Assembly (NCBI GenBank): GCA_002633005.1
Contig: NMRA01000673.1
Coordinates: forward strand, 1 to 64,000
DNA from: Phoronis australis
Lineage: Eukaryota; Animalia; Phoronida
Length of the DNA: 64,000 nt
Reading direction: 5' to 3'
The notes beneath the pieces were generated by a model, which made no database searches, was not told the DNA's origin, and saw nothing but the letters and a program-made list of their open reading frames with translations. Made by a program: the position numbers and the translations under genes. Positions 13,901 through 27,604 of this stretch are shown here, one piece after another. Every line of letters begins with the position of its first letter. The stretch's first letter is position 1.

Positions 13901-16900
13901 TAAAAGTCAGGTAAAATTGCATAATCAAAGTAAAAATTGGTGAACGTCAAATTTAAAATCTTTTAAAGTACTCCTCGCGTTCAAAGTCGTGCGCGCTTTA
14001 TCAAGGGTACGATACACACTGCCGAATATGTAGTATACAAAGCAGCATATTCTAACACAAACTGACAAACAACATGTACTGAGAACAATCTCGGTCGTGA
14101 GCAAAATAATGCAAGGGACGATATAAACAACAAGAGTAACGCATAGTGTTGAACTGTGCCCCCGATAGCACCACAAACGGTGTGCTTTTATGGGTGTTTT
14201 AATATCATAAAAATGACCATGAGATGCTACAAAAGGAGTCAAACCCATCCAAATTGAGAAGGTGGCTTTGTCTCCGTAAAGCATATCTATTTGCCAAATT
14301 TCATGAAATTAAAACAAGGAACTCCTGAGATATAGAGGCAGACGTAAAGAATAATTGACAAGAGAGGCACGCTCCCTTAAAGGGTTAAAGAGATACAGCC
14401 GTGGATGCAAAAAAGCAAAAGCTGCCCCAAAGGGGTACCAGTGTAGAAAAAATCCTTCCGGAAATCAACACCAGCCTGGGTCTTTGCAGTAGGAACACAA
14501 ACCTCAATTTTCATGATCGCTCTTCGAGTGGTTTGGCAGATAGAAAGGCAGACGTCAAAAACAAACGTGAAAACTTTTTAATGGCCACCAGGTGGCGCAG
14601 AAAACATCATATCTTACCGAAAATGGACAGGCACTGTCGTCTTAATAGAAACCTATTTGCTAAATTTCATAAGAACACATTAATTAACTCCAAAGTTACA
14701 GTCAAACGTATGAAATATTTTGCTACAAGGGGGCGACACAATAGTCGGACCCGACCCGAACCTCATTCAAAGCCTTCTCATCAGTAACACACCTGTAATT
14801 TTCCATAATGATCCTTGAAGCAGCATTGTAGATATGGGGCTGGAGCCAAGTAAACTGACGCAAACTTAACAAAAATGGCCACAAGATGACGTTGGAAAAT
14901 CAAATCTGACCCACATGACTGAGCAGGCGTTGTATTCTCCTTAATAGAAATCCATTGACCAAATTTCATGAAAACAAATCACTAGTGATATACATGTACG
15001 ACGATACAGTGGCAAACGTAAACAAGCAGTTTGCCACTAGGGGCAGAGTGGTGTCTGAATCAGTTCGACACCCGTTATCGTTTGTCGACGGAATACATCT
15101 TTCAAATTTCACAAAGCTCCTTCAAAGAAGCAAAAAACAAAATCTCTACACAGTAATCGGACGCGTCCGAAAGTCAACATCAATCGTGGCCTTCTCATTA
15201 GGAACACATTTGTATTTTTTTATAATGATCCTTCGAGCGATTCCGACAGATAGAGTGTCGGAGACAAAAAAATAGACGCAAAAATTACAAAAATGATCAC
15301 AAAGTGGCGTAAAGTTCGTCGAATCTGTCCGCAAATGGAATGGTGTCATCTCCTACACATTAAAAACTCATTTGCAGAATTCCATGGAAATCCTTCAAGG
15401 AACAAAAATCAAAAGTAAAAAATGTCATTAGAGAACACAGCGGTATTCGGGTCGATCGGAAACTCGTCGTCTGTCGTCAGCCACATCGTTATACATCAGG
15501 GAGCATAAATGGAACGTATAACCACAGTCTGTTCATTACAGATTTCTAATGACACATAATACATGTACCAATATCCCAAATCAGATCTCTGACGTGGGTA
15601 CCAAATCCACTAATGCTGCACAATGCAAATGAACTGCGTAAGGCGTATTGTGCAACAACTGCTGCTAACATTTGGCAACTCGCAGTGTACTTACCGATTT
15701 TACTGTCCAATCGATGTCATCAATTTGGAGTTGCTTCCACATGCAGATGTTGCCGTTTTCAAAGTCACATGACGCCTCCTTCACTGAAGCAAACAGACGG
15801 AAGAGGTGGCATTGAACGCAATACAAATATCCGGGCACAATTTAGTCCGATTCACATTATGCGCAATAGCGCCTCGCCATGGCGTGATTTCACTGGAAAC
15901 ACTTTTCAGTGTTTTGCTGTAGCAAGCCTGTTTCGTCTGCGAACCCTCGAGATGCTTAAGCGCGATCTTCGTCGTTCAGACTATACATGTATTTCAGTAC
16001 ATGTATACTCCCACCAGAAAAAATGGAGGGAAAGAACAGACTGATTACTGGGATATTGAAACATAACATCTCAGATAAATTATAAACAACTGAAAGTTAT
16101 CGTTCAAAACTCAATCGGGTGAAATATTTCTATAAAATCTTTTGAAAATAAATAATGAATCTATATTGTCGAAAAACCTGCTTCAGAGTTGAGAACCGAA
16201 ATTATTACTCGAGGTTTAAACAGAAAAAGGACATCGTACATGTATGAATAAAACGGTCTAGACTTGGTTGTTAAAGCATGGCGTGTACTCAACCTCGGAA
16301 TCACGCCCGTATTTGTTGCAAATGGCATGGAGATTAAATCGATGTCAATCACGTTTCGCTTCTAGCATCTTTAAAAAGGCAAATTCAATTCCTTTTTATA
16401 GTCTTTTCACCGACATACATGTAGTTGTTTGAAAATTGAGACGACGAAAGACAAATAAATCTACAAGGACTGTGGCAAATGGTGGCCAATGTAGCGTAGT
16501 GTTCACTAAATTCTCATTCTGGTATTAAAATCAGATTATCAGCACCTCCTGGGGATGGTGTTGTCCTCTGTATGCTACCTGTAGTACACTAGGCGTCGTT
16601 CTCCGTTTTTATAGATTACAAGAAAAAACACTGCGTGATCTGGCCAAATTTGCATGTGCTTTATGACAACGGAACATACACCACGTATCGCTGGGCGTTC
16701 AAATATCATGTACTTGCACATTTTAAATCTCTTCACGTGCGTCACTGGATCTAAGAAACGAGCCAACATTTGATGCTATCTTTAAAACGAAAACAAATCT
16801 CCGGTTAATTAAACACAATTTTGAGTCCCCTCCCCCTGTAGTAGTGCAGGCCCAACAGGAGAGTGACATGAAAATCACTAAACGTGTCGCATTGTGTCTT

Positions 16901-19900
16901 TGCATCCACTATTGTTGAGGGAACTCTTTAACCGACAGCTAGGCACAGCGGGGTCGTCTTGAACATGTTTTAAGAAACGACAGAGTTATACGGATCTATG
17001 TCAACACATTAACCGATACCTATCGATTGATCTCTAAAATCTACCGGCATTTGACAAAGACAATACGTCCCTCTTTAGTGGCTACCGAGATTGAAATGAT
17101 GACAGTGTGATATAGGAATAACATTACAGAGGAAAACTAGAAAGATTATTGTCACAGCGTGACAATAACGGACTCTGCGCGTGCGTATTACTGGAATTAT
17201 TATGGAAAGTTACTGACAGCAACCCGTTTACCAATATGAAAAGGAATTCTTTAAAATTGTAGGAGAAATTACATATTAATTTTTTGATGACCTTTCCACT
17301 AATTGACCTCTTCCGGTGCATTACGAGCCCCAATGAGGGAATAATTGTTAACTCGATTAAAAGTGGTTAATGCTAATAATCACAGATGTTTTACTTTAAG
17401 CACTTCAAAATACAAGATGAAGGAAGTGGTCAAACTTTCAGAAGAAAAATGCACCTAATGACCCCATGGGTGCACCGAATGACCTGAAAATTTATAATTC
17501 AAACTCAATCGCACTTAGTAAACAGATACGTCATTCTGAAGTCTCTAGCTCAAAATTTTAGTTTGCACCCAATGACCATTGACCTACTTTTTCTGATTGG
17601 TTAGGCCTATTGCAAAGTAAAGTAGTGTATTCAACTGGCTTGTTGACTTACACCAGTGTGCTGAAATTGAAAAGAATTCCTTGAAAAACATATAACATTT
17701 TGAACGTTACATGACCTTTGTACTATTTGACCTTATCCAGTGCATTTTAAGCATTTTTAGGAGAATTATTGCAAAGCCCATGGAAAATGTGTTTAACGCT
17801 GAGAATCACAGTTGTCTAACGGTTGACACATCAGAATACTTGCTGATTGAAAAGGTCAAATTTTCAGAAGAAAAATGCACCTAATGACCCCATGTTTGCA
17901 CTAAATGACCTGAAACTTTGGATTCCGATTTGATTTACCTGTGGCAATCAGACCTGTCAATTTGAAGGGTGTAGCTCAAAATTTTAGTTTGCACCTAATG
18001 ACCTTTGACCTATTTCATCTGATTGGACGACCCGATTACTTAGAAAAGTAATTTTTAAAATTGTCATGTTGACTTATACCTGTGCACCGAATTTGAAAAA
18101 GATAGCTTTAAAACTGAATTAGGAGTAGTATTTTGAAAGTTATATGACCTTTGCACCAAACGACCTCTGCCGGTGCAATATGGAATATGATTATATAACC
18201 AATCAAAATTTTTATACTGTCAAAAGTCATATGCTGAATTTAAAGACCATACCTGCACCCAATTTGGAGTTATTAAGCCTCAAAGTTAGTCGGAAGAAAA
18301 ATAAGAATAAGAAGAATAAGAAGAATAAAATTGAAGAAAACCCAGGAACAACAGTACTCAGCGCTTACACGCGCAGAGTAATAAGAATAAAATTGAAGAA
18401 AACCCAGGAACAACAGTACTCTGCGCTTACACGCGCAGGGTAATAAGAAGAATAACAATAAAATTGAAGAAAACCCAGAAACAGCAGTACTTTGCGCTTA
18501 CACGTGCAGAGTAAAAATTACTCTGGAATTATCTGTCACTCAGACATTGGGTTCTAAGAGTTAAGATATACATGATAAGTAGAAGATGGTAATTCACGCG
18601 TTGTGAAATTCAACACATTTTGCAAATTGCTTGGTTTTGGATATAATGAAATTATACTTAAGCTATGGTCATTTTTGTGTATTGAAACAAGTATCTACTC
18701 AAATGAAGAATTTAATTCAATTAAAGTAGAAAACCTGTAGAAATCGAGTTTAGACTTTAAGCCAAACTATAGACACCTGGGTCTCGTAAGCATGTCTCGG
18801 TAATAAAGTTAAACAAAAACAGAACATACTGAACGTAGCCAAACGAGGACAACAATTTCATTACCCAACGTGTTGATTTCAACGTCCAAGATAAAATCTC
18901 CAAAACGGTGTTACAGTTTTCTTAATTATTAATTCGTTTTCGTCGTGCGTAATTTTTTATCATTTTCTCAAAAAACAATATTTTTATTTTGCTAGGTTCT
19001 TATGCGAAACTTAACGGTTTAAAACAACCTCTGATAGCGTTTTGGAGAAATGTAGAGAACATAGTATTGGGAAAATTCAAATGAATTCCATCGGTCATTT
19101 ATGTGGTGTGGTACACTATGATGTTGTGAACGCAACCTTTCTAGGGAACCCTAGAATCGTAACGTATCAACAGATCGAATTTGTGACAATAACCGGACAG
19201 TTGCCAATCATANATAACCAAGGGGCCCTACAGATACACGATACACATCATAAGGTAATTTAATATTGATATTTATACCTCAAGTAAAGCTTTACATATT
19301 TTCGCAAGAAGAAGTATCCACACCTCCTTGTGAGAAGGAAGTTAACTACAGACCAGGTTCCAATAGGCCCATGTACAGCATAGGACTACCTGACATCGTC
19401 CCACAAATGCAACCCTATTGGTAATTCCTATTGGTAATTCCCATTATTCAGTCGTTGCAGGCTCATGATGTTCAGTGAGGTTCAACAGAGTTCAAAATAT
19501 TTTGTTTTTTGCTTAACAAAGATCTGAACAAAAATCACTTACTTTGAATTTCGACGGTGCCGATACACTCACACTTTCACTGTGCCATGTATCGCCTTGA
19601 TTTCCAGATTTATCGAAAAGTATGGTCTCTGCCCCGGACGACGAAATTAAGACGAGGCTCAGATCTCCCATGTTGCTGCCATACATGTTGTAATCAAACG
19701 AGAAACAATAGGTATTTCCTGCAAACCGAAATGTCAAAGGCCACATAAAATTTTACAAACAACGAATTTAAATTCATGGGGATGGAAAATGTACATGTAT
19801 ATTGACCACAAAAACACCTCACAAACTACACACACTTTTTAAAGTATACAAACGTGCTTGTCGTCTCCAGCTAGATATTTCTTAAGTACATCTCACTGAG

Positions 19901-22900
19901 CTAAAAACACATTCTTTATAGTTTTATTGTTGCATTATTCTTCAGCAAATCTTTTCATTAAAAAACGACAATTCCAATTATTTACAACTTGTGTTATGTT
20001 ATGTATTTGCTTGTCAAACAGTTTCATTTACCAAATATCGATAACAAGGGGCATTGAGTATGGTTCACACGTGTGTATCACATTCCTATTCTTGCATATT
20101 CTTTGGAAGCAGTAGTGGGGGGGGGGCTTACACGTGACGTGCGTGCAAGTACGTGAAGCAGTAACGTGATTAAGAAACAAGCCTGCAGCGTAATCAAGCT
20201 ACCAGAAGGCAGGACGCTTCCGTAATGACCCATCTTGGCACGCCTGTTTACGAATCTTGGGATTCGTTTATTTCATATTTTACAGAGAAATTACAATTAG
20301 TGACGCATGCCTAATTGAAATGCACATGACGTGTACATGTATATAACCCTGTAACTATACACGTTGAGAGACGGAAAAAATCTACTTGACGCTATTAAAT
20401 TATAAAGTTTGACTTACACTGTAAAAAAACTGCCAGATGTATCAATGTCAGAATTAACAAAGCCTACTGTACATTTCCACTGCCTCACCTTTGATGAAGG
20501 GCGTCTGTAGAACAGCGACATCGCCGGGTCTCCGTTGTGTGGCCTCCACGTATATGTAACCCGACGAATGGGCGGGGTCGTTGGCGTTAGGACCGGTACC
20601 CCATGATGGCGTACCACCCTGTCGGATAATGACGAGTTTAGGTTATGAATACAAAGACACGCAAAGCATTTACGTGCACGACCAGTGTTCAATGCAGCTG
20701 AGAAACTTTAGGTATGTATTTTCTCCGAGGAATGAATGCTCCAATATTATAAATGGTGGTTGTGCGGGACGAAGTGCCCATCGCAATGAAAGTAGCCGGG
20801 GGCACCTCTTCGTCAAAGAAGTGTTCGTCCGTAAAAGTGTAGTTGACAATGGTACTCGTACATAAAATGTTTGGATATAATTTGACAAACACCTCTGTTT
20901 CGATGACCGTTCGAATAGGACAATTTCAATTCAATCAAGAGTGGACTTTAAACAGGATGCAATACCACGATTGTCAAATTGCAAATCTAATAAAAACACC
21001 TGCCACGACAACAGGAAACAAATAACATTTTTCACTCTCGCACATACACACTCATTCACACACTTCATCATTTAATAGAAACACCTCTAAAGAGTATGAA
21101 TTCAATATATGGCAGAATTATTGCATGGCAATACTAAGTCTCTCCCACATTCTCATGCTATTGTTGTCCGATTTTTTGTTTTTAAAAATCAAATATTGTA
21201 TATTTAACATATTTTGACATGAATAACTTCAAGGTAGACCAAACTAGATGTAACTGCTGCTGGTTACGTATATAAATAAAATATTGGGCGACGGTGATAA
21301 CACAGTTAGTTAAGAAGGAAAAATTCAAGAGAACTCAAATTGAAAAATATGAAATCATCAATGATTATTTTGACATCTTCCTTATAGGAACAGCAATCTT
21401 TGCACTACATCACAACAGAAAAAACATGTGTTCACTAGTCTCCACTAGATTAAAGTAGAGACATTTATCTGAATTAACGATCCTCATCTTATACTGTATA
21501 GCAAAGACTTAATACATGTATATACACTATGTTATGCAGCAACATATACTTAAGAGATTTAATGCATGGGTCGAGGGGAAGTGTAAAGGGCAAGGAATAA
21601 ATTTCTGGATATCTTTTGTGAGTAATGCTGGAACAAATTTTCATAATTGTCTGTTTTTTGTAATGCGTCTGTAATTTTTTTTTCTTTTGCAATTTTATTG
21701 TAGTCTAAGAAAATGTTATTCCTGCAGCCAACCAATCGCTGATGACCTTGATCAATTTTGTCTAGCTTTCCTTGTTCATATATTCCGAAGTAAACGCCCA
21801 GACGTTTAAGATTTCTTTTTGGCCAATAACACATTTCCTCAAGTTCAGACTGGTGTCCTAAAACATTCCTTCATATTTTTTCTTATTTAATTTAAGTCCA
21901 GACACGCCACCAAATCTTCTGAGAAAGTTAACGCATTCTGTCCCAGATATTTTACGCTGAAAAAATGAGATTGTTTCATCAACATACTGGGCTTATTTTG
22001 ACTTCATGACCTTCAATACACAATCCTTTGACTAAGGGGTTATTTCAAACGCAGTGGCTCATGATCTCCACAGATGTAATAAATACTTGACTACTTATAT
22101 TGTTCCCTTGACGAAAGCCTCTCTTGACCTTAGTAAATCTGTTGTTTTGAACACAAGACACAATATTGTTATACATTGTTTTTAGCCGTTGAATAAGTTT
22201 GGGAGCAAATCTAAAGGACAAAAGGGTTTTCAGAAGAAAGGACCAATTGTAACTGTCAAACCTTTTATTAAAATCTAAGACTGTAGTTTGTTCATTAAGA
22301 TTAATTTTGTATAATACGATATTATGTCCTGCATTAGTCTAATATCTTGACCAATAAATCGTTTTGAAGCAGAAGTTGGGTCTGGATGGATAAACTCATC
22401 AATGTACATGTAATTATTTTGTCGATTGGCAACAACCCTTGTAAATAGTTTGTAAACACTATTCAATTACAAAATTGGTCGCTTATTTTCCAGATTTGTT
22501 AATCCATCTGTATTTGTAGTTTTTTTGGGATAAATGCAATTATAACTCTTTGTCCTTTGGAGTTTGATCATCTTCTTTTTTTAAAACCATAATTAATACA
22601 TTCCAAATGTTAGTGTTTAATTTGATCCCAAAATGTTTTATGAAATTAGTATCGTAAACTATCATTGTCTGGTGTTTTATTGTTTAAAGCACCATAAAGG
22701 TCGTCCTGTGTGACCTCTTGCTCTTTAATTGCCTGTCTTATTGCAGTGTTGAGTGTTCTCTCAAGTGCTTTCATGCGTGAATCGAAGTTCGCAACCATGC
22801 CACTTGGCATGGTTGAGTGATGACTTACATTGTTAGACTATTGTTTGTTTATCAGCAGCTTTCCTGAAGGCTTCTATCTACATTTCCATTGGTGTTATAT

Positions 22901-25900
22901 AATCACCTGTCAGGGGATTTGGGTGTGCCACTTCTTGGTCAAGTCATGACTGAAAACAATTTGCTCTTCACGGCAAGTTACCACTTTATCTTTATCTTTA
23001 TCTGATAAATTCTCCAGCCTTTTCTCCGCGGCTTGTTCCACACACAGGTACCAAAAACTCTTCACACACTTCCAATAAAAAGTATTTTTCAAGAAAAACG
23101 ACAGAGCTGAGCACACATGCACGTTGGCATCTTTATTATCTCGCCTGGCTATGAAGTCACTGGCTGAATCCTTTCAGAACATCAAGTTTCCTCTACAAAG
23201 GACGTCTTTACTGACATTCACATAAGAAAGAAACTATCCAAAATTTGAATACAAACGCATAGACAAGGAGTTTTGAAAAAAGATTCGGAATCATCCGAAA
23301 TACACCTACCTGGAGGGGAATCCAGTCAAATTGATCCTCTTTGTTCTGTTCCCACGCGCAGAGTTTGGAGTCGTCAAAGTTGCACGTGACGGATGTGTCT
23401 GGAAATTCATGTGATATTAGTCACCAAACCGCTGCCACTGGTCGCGCTCTGATAGAAATTTAACATTACATTCCTCTAATTTACAAGTGCTCAAATAGGT
23501 TTAGCTAAGCAATTATGAACGAATCAGTCTCAGAATAATGAGTTAGCTTGTAAGCAAAGAAACTATGTCAGTAACTAACAATGTGGTTTTTCAGAAACTT
23601 CGCACTTTTAATCACCTAAGACTTAACAAATTTTCAAAAAATAGTTGAGTTGAGGGGAAGGCCATATAATTGAGTTAATCGCATGCTGTTCAAAATAATG
23701 TCAAATGTCTTCGGCAGCAAGAACATTTAAGAACAAACAAGGCTCGAACGAAAAATTGATAAAATGGGAATAACAACCCCCAGTCAGAAGCTAAAAAACA
23801 GTGCAGGTTGTCTGATGTCATTTGAGGTGCATCAGCCATGCGCAGGCCTCAACAACTGCATTACTTTTTGATGTATTAATTCACCGTCAGAATGACTTAT
23901 TGTCTACGTCAGTTTATAGAAAACCCACATTCTCAGGTGTGTACCTCAAGTGGGATAGTTTTGCTCCAAAAAAGAACAAAACAGGTCTGGTCAATGTTCT
24001 GCATAATCGCGCCTTTAAGATATGTAGCAATTTTGACTTGTTTGACCTGGAAATTGAATTTTTAAATAACCTCTTGATCCAAAATGGTTACCCTAAAACG
24101 TTTATTAAATCCTGCACTGACAGATTTTACGTAACCAATCCAGGACACCTGCTGAAGTTTGTCATGGGCCTGAATTGAAGATAGTACACATTTCTCAATC
24201 TCCCCTATTTAGGTAATTTGAGAAGGGTTTAGAGTAATAAACCGAAACGTTGGATAGATATGTCGTTATTTACTTACGCGCTAATTTTAAAGTTCGTGCT
24301 TCTGTTCTGGCCTAAATCAAATGTGTCAAAAATTACATCACTCGAATCTGAGGAAGATATCTATGAACCGGGGTAATGAACAATCTCTTTACTGAAAAAA
24401 TGGACACCCATTCATCCGTGAATAGTTATACATTGAAAACAAAGTTAGTGATCTTTTCTGCGGGACAAATTTTAATTTCTTCCCGTTGCGTGGGTAACCT
24501 GGGTAGAAGTTGCGCTCCTCGCGTATAATTGTTCATCTCCCAAGTATCGAGAAAAACACGGATTGAACTGATGTCGATGTACATGGAAAACGTGCTGTCG
24601 TGATCGTCATCTATGTGTTAAATTAAGATCTCGACGCTCCATGCTTGCGTTGGAAAAAAAAACTTCCTTCGTCTATCACACATCAGACAAGTAATCCAGC
24701 AAAGATAAATTTTAACTACCTCTTTGAAAATTTCGAAAGTTGGTTTACTTTTGCCACAGGTCCAGTTGCAAAAGCAAGTAAAGATCTGGTTGGAATATAG
24801 GTACCAAGCCAATGTTACAAGTGGTTATTCAAAATGATCCGTGCGCATTCCACGGTGGAGGTTTTCCCACGAGCCACATGGTGTATGAAAATGAATTTCA
24901 AATTTCTCATCTAGTGGGAATGTACGATTTCCAAAAATCCATCGGTATTTGACGCATGCCCGACATGTAATTAAGCAGTTGTCGAACGTTGGTGTAGAAA
25001 GCAGGGAACAAAAAAAAAACTGCTTGGAAAGTTTAAACACACATCAAACACTGCACTTGTTTCACTTAGAGTTTATGATTCGCAGATTTCGGCTGCAAGC
25101 CTACATATAGGCTCAACGCCAAAGCTACCATGTTACCGTATTCATCGAGGTTTAATGTCGTAAGTGCATGGTAGTTGTGAAGGGTAACGTACAATCAGTG
25201 AGGGTGTCGCAATTGCTTCCCTGGAACCCTGCCCAGCATTCACATGTCGGTTGAGACCCGGCCAACGAACACGTGGAACGTGAAGGACATTTCAAACACG
25301 GGTCTGGAAGGTAAAAATAACATCCAGTAGATTACGGATAAATAGCCCATTGGTGGTTATACGTATTGTATTTGTATCACCAATTGTAGCTGCAATGCGT
25401 TCTGTATGATCTAGATACTAGTTACGTTTTTGTTCACGTTAATGAGGAATAGTGTTGTTAAGGGTTACAGTTGCTTCTGGCAAGCCACGTAGCGTCATTG
25501 TGGGAAGAACATGGAACATTAATTATACACGATAACTGGAGTGCCAATAAAATACACATGCACTTAACTCCCTAAAATAACCGAAAAAAGTTTCTCTATC
25601 ACAAACAAACAAGCTTGAAGAAGATGATCTTGTCTAAGTGCCAATACCCATCATGGATCCTAACATTTTTACTTAAACGAGCAAACATTTCTTCAAAAAA
25701 TAAATAGAAAACGCGAACTGTAAAACATGCATAGCAACACCAATAATAACTATGTTTTAAATCATTAATGGTTTTACCCAGGTTCGTAGTTGCACGTGCA
25801 GTGAACGAAAACCCCTTGCTTGATAATGCACCACCGTGGGTATTGAATATCAGCATCATCTCCGTTGCGTTGTGGTCCAGAAACGTGTGTGCTTGTTGTG

Positions 25901-27549
25901 GTGCTTGCTCCATATGGCCGCAGTACCTGGTAAGAAACAGCAATGTTGTAGTAATACAAATAGAGGTAAGTGGGCGCCCAAAGCCCATCGTATCACCTTG
26001 AGCGTTTGATTTTAAAAGTACATTGAACTCGCAAAACCTGACTCAAAATCATGTAGGCCTACTTTTTGACTCACGAGTGGGTATTTATGTGGAGTCTGCA
26101 GTGGCTGGTCTTGGATTTCGGGGAAAGATGGTCAAACCACATAATTCAAAGTAAAGGTTCATATGGATTCCAAGATTTCTCTGAAGGGGCCCAAGCTCAA
26201 TCAAATAGGAAAATAGGAGAGTAATGCCAAGAAACGATATGCTGGCGGCCTAGACGTCGTCATAGAGAACAAATCAGATGCAGTTGACGGTTGACCCATG
26301 GAAACGGCTTAACCAAAAGCGTAACGGGTATGAGTTGTTTGCAACGCGACAAGGGAGTCAATTGAGTATGATACTGCACCTTGTGCAGTGACGGTTGTGG
26401 CTGCAGCCCGGGAGGCTTTCCAATTCATTTACATGGAAGAAAATGCCGCCATTTCGGTTGCGCATTGTCACAGCGTGTTTTTTACTTCGTCTCGGCTGGG
26501 TTAAAAAAGAAGCAGCGGTGCCGTGGAACTTCACAATTAGACCGGACCTCATGCAGGTTATGTAGACAGGCTGCCGTATGTATCGAAATGAAAATAATAT
26601 TTTAACATATTTACAGATACTATCTCCAATATCATAACTGCAATAAACATGCCTTCAAACACAAGACACAACTTTCGACTCAGGTCATCTACTGCGATGG
26701 ATTTGGTCTTATAATGCCCCTTAGTCAAACTTGATGTCACCATCGAAAGAACTGACACTTCTTCATTGCTTGAGACCAGATCTACAACTTGTCTCGTCAT
26801 GGAATGTCATTTCTATGTGCCGATAACGGTTTCAATGAAAAAATCGCCAGTTGCAAATCCCCAAACCACATCATGCCTGGGTGTGATACAAAATTAATCC
26901 GGTGAGATATCTTAACTAAAATATCGGTACATGGAGTGAACGGCAGTTCATAGTTCTGATTTATATCTGTGAAGCTCTATAATCTAGTCAACTCAATGTT
27001 TCGAAAACAAATAACTTCTTACCGAGTCGTCAGGTATGACTAACGTGTTGGGCGACTTGAGCAACGTTTATATGATGGTGTTTACACCCTAGTGTATGTT
27101 TACTGTACACTCGTGTGCAAATTTTACATGGAACGTGTATTTTTGCCATACGAATGTAGATAAATTCGGGTTTAAAGTGACATCCGAATGCATAATTATA
27201 CCACCTTCAGCTGTCATGTAAATATAAATATAAATTTACACACGTACATATGTACACGTGGAGAATGTGAACCCGACACCAATTTACGAATGGCTGTAAA
27301 ACCAATATCCAACTCCGCCAAAAGTTCCAGTACAAAATTATTTCTGTTACCTCATCATTCCATAAAGCAACACCACTTCCCTTTAAACTTCCAGAAGATT
27401 CTCTTTTGTCATGCGTCGTTTGGTAAGGTCTTTTGTTGAAATGCTAATGCCGCCGCTGCTGTTGCTGCTGTTGCTGCTTGCTGCTGTCGCACCGCCGCTA
27501 CTGCTGCCGTTGCTGCTTCTGTTGTTGCTGCTGATGCTTGTGCTAGTGG

Positions 27550-27604
<55 letters not shown>

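Noticed and set aside
15850-15960. Minus-strand TPWRGAIAH resembling the MAM exon d motif TWRGDIAVD
   Set aside because: Key Asp residues are absent, no matching splice sites or terminal GxC; probably chance
18321-18513. CRISPR-like palindromic direct repeats
   Set aside because: No unique spacers, no cas genes, eukaryotic intron; these are tandem element ends
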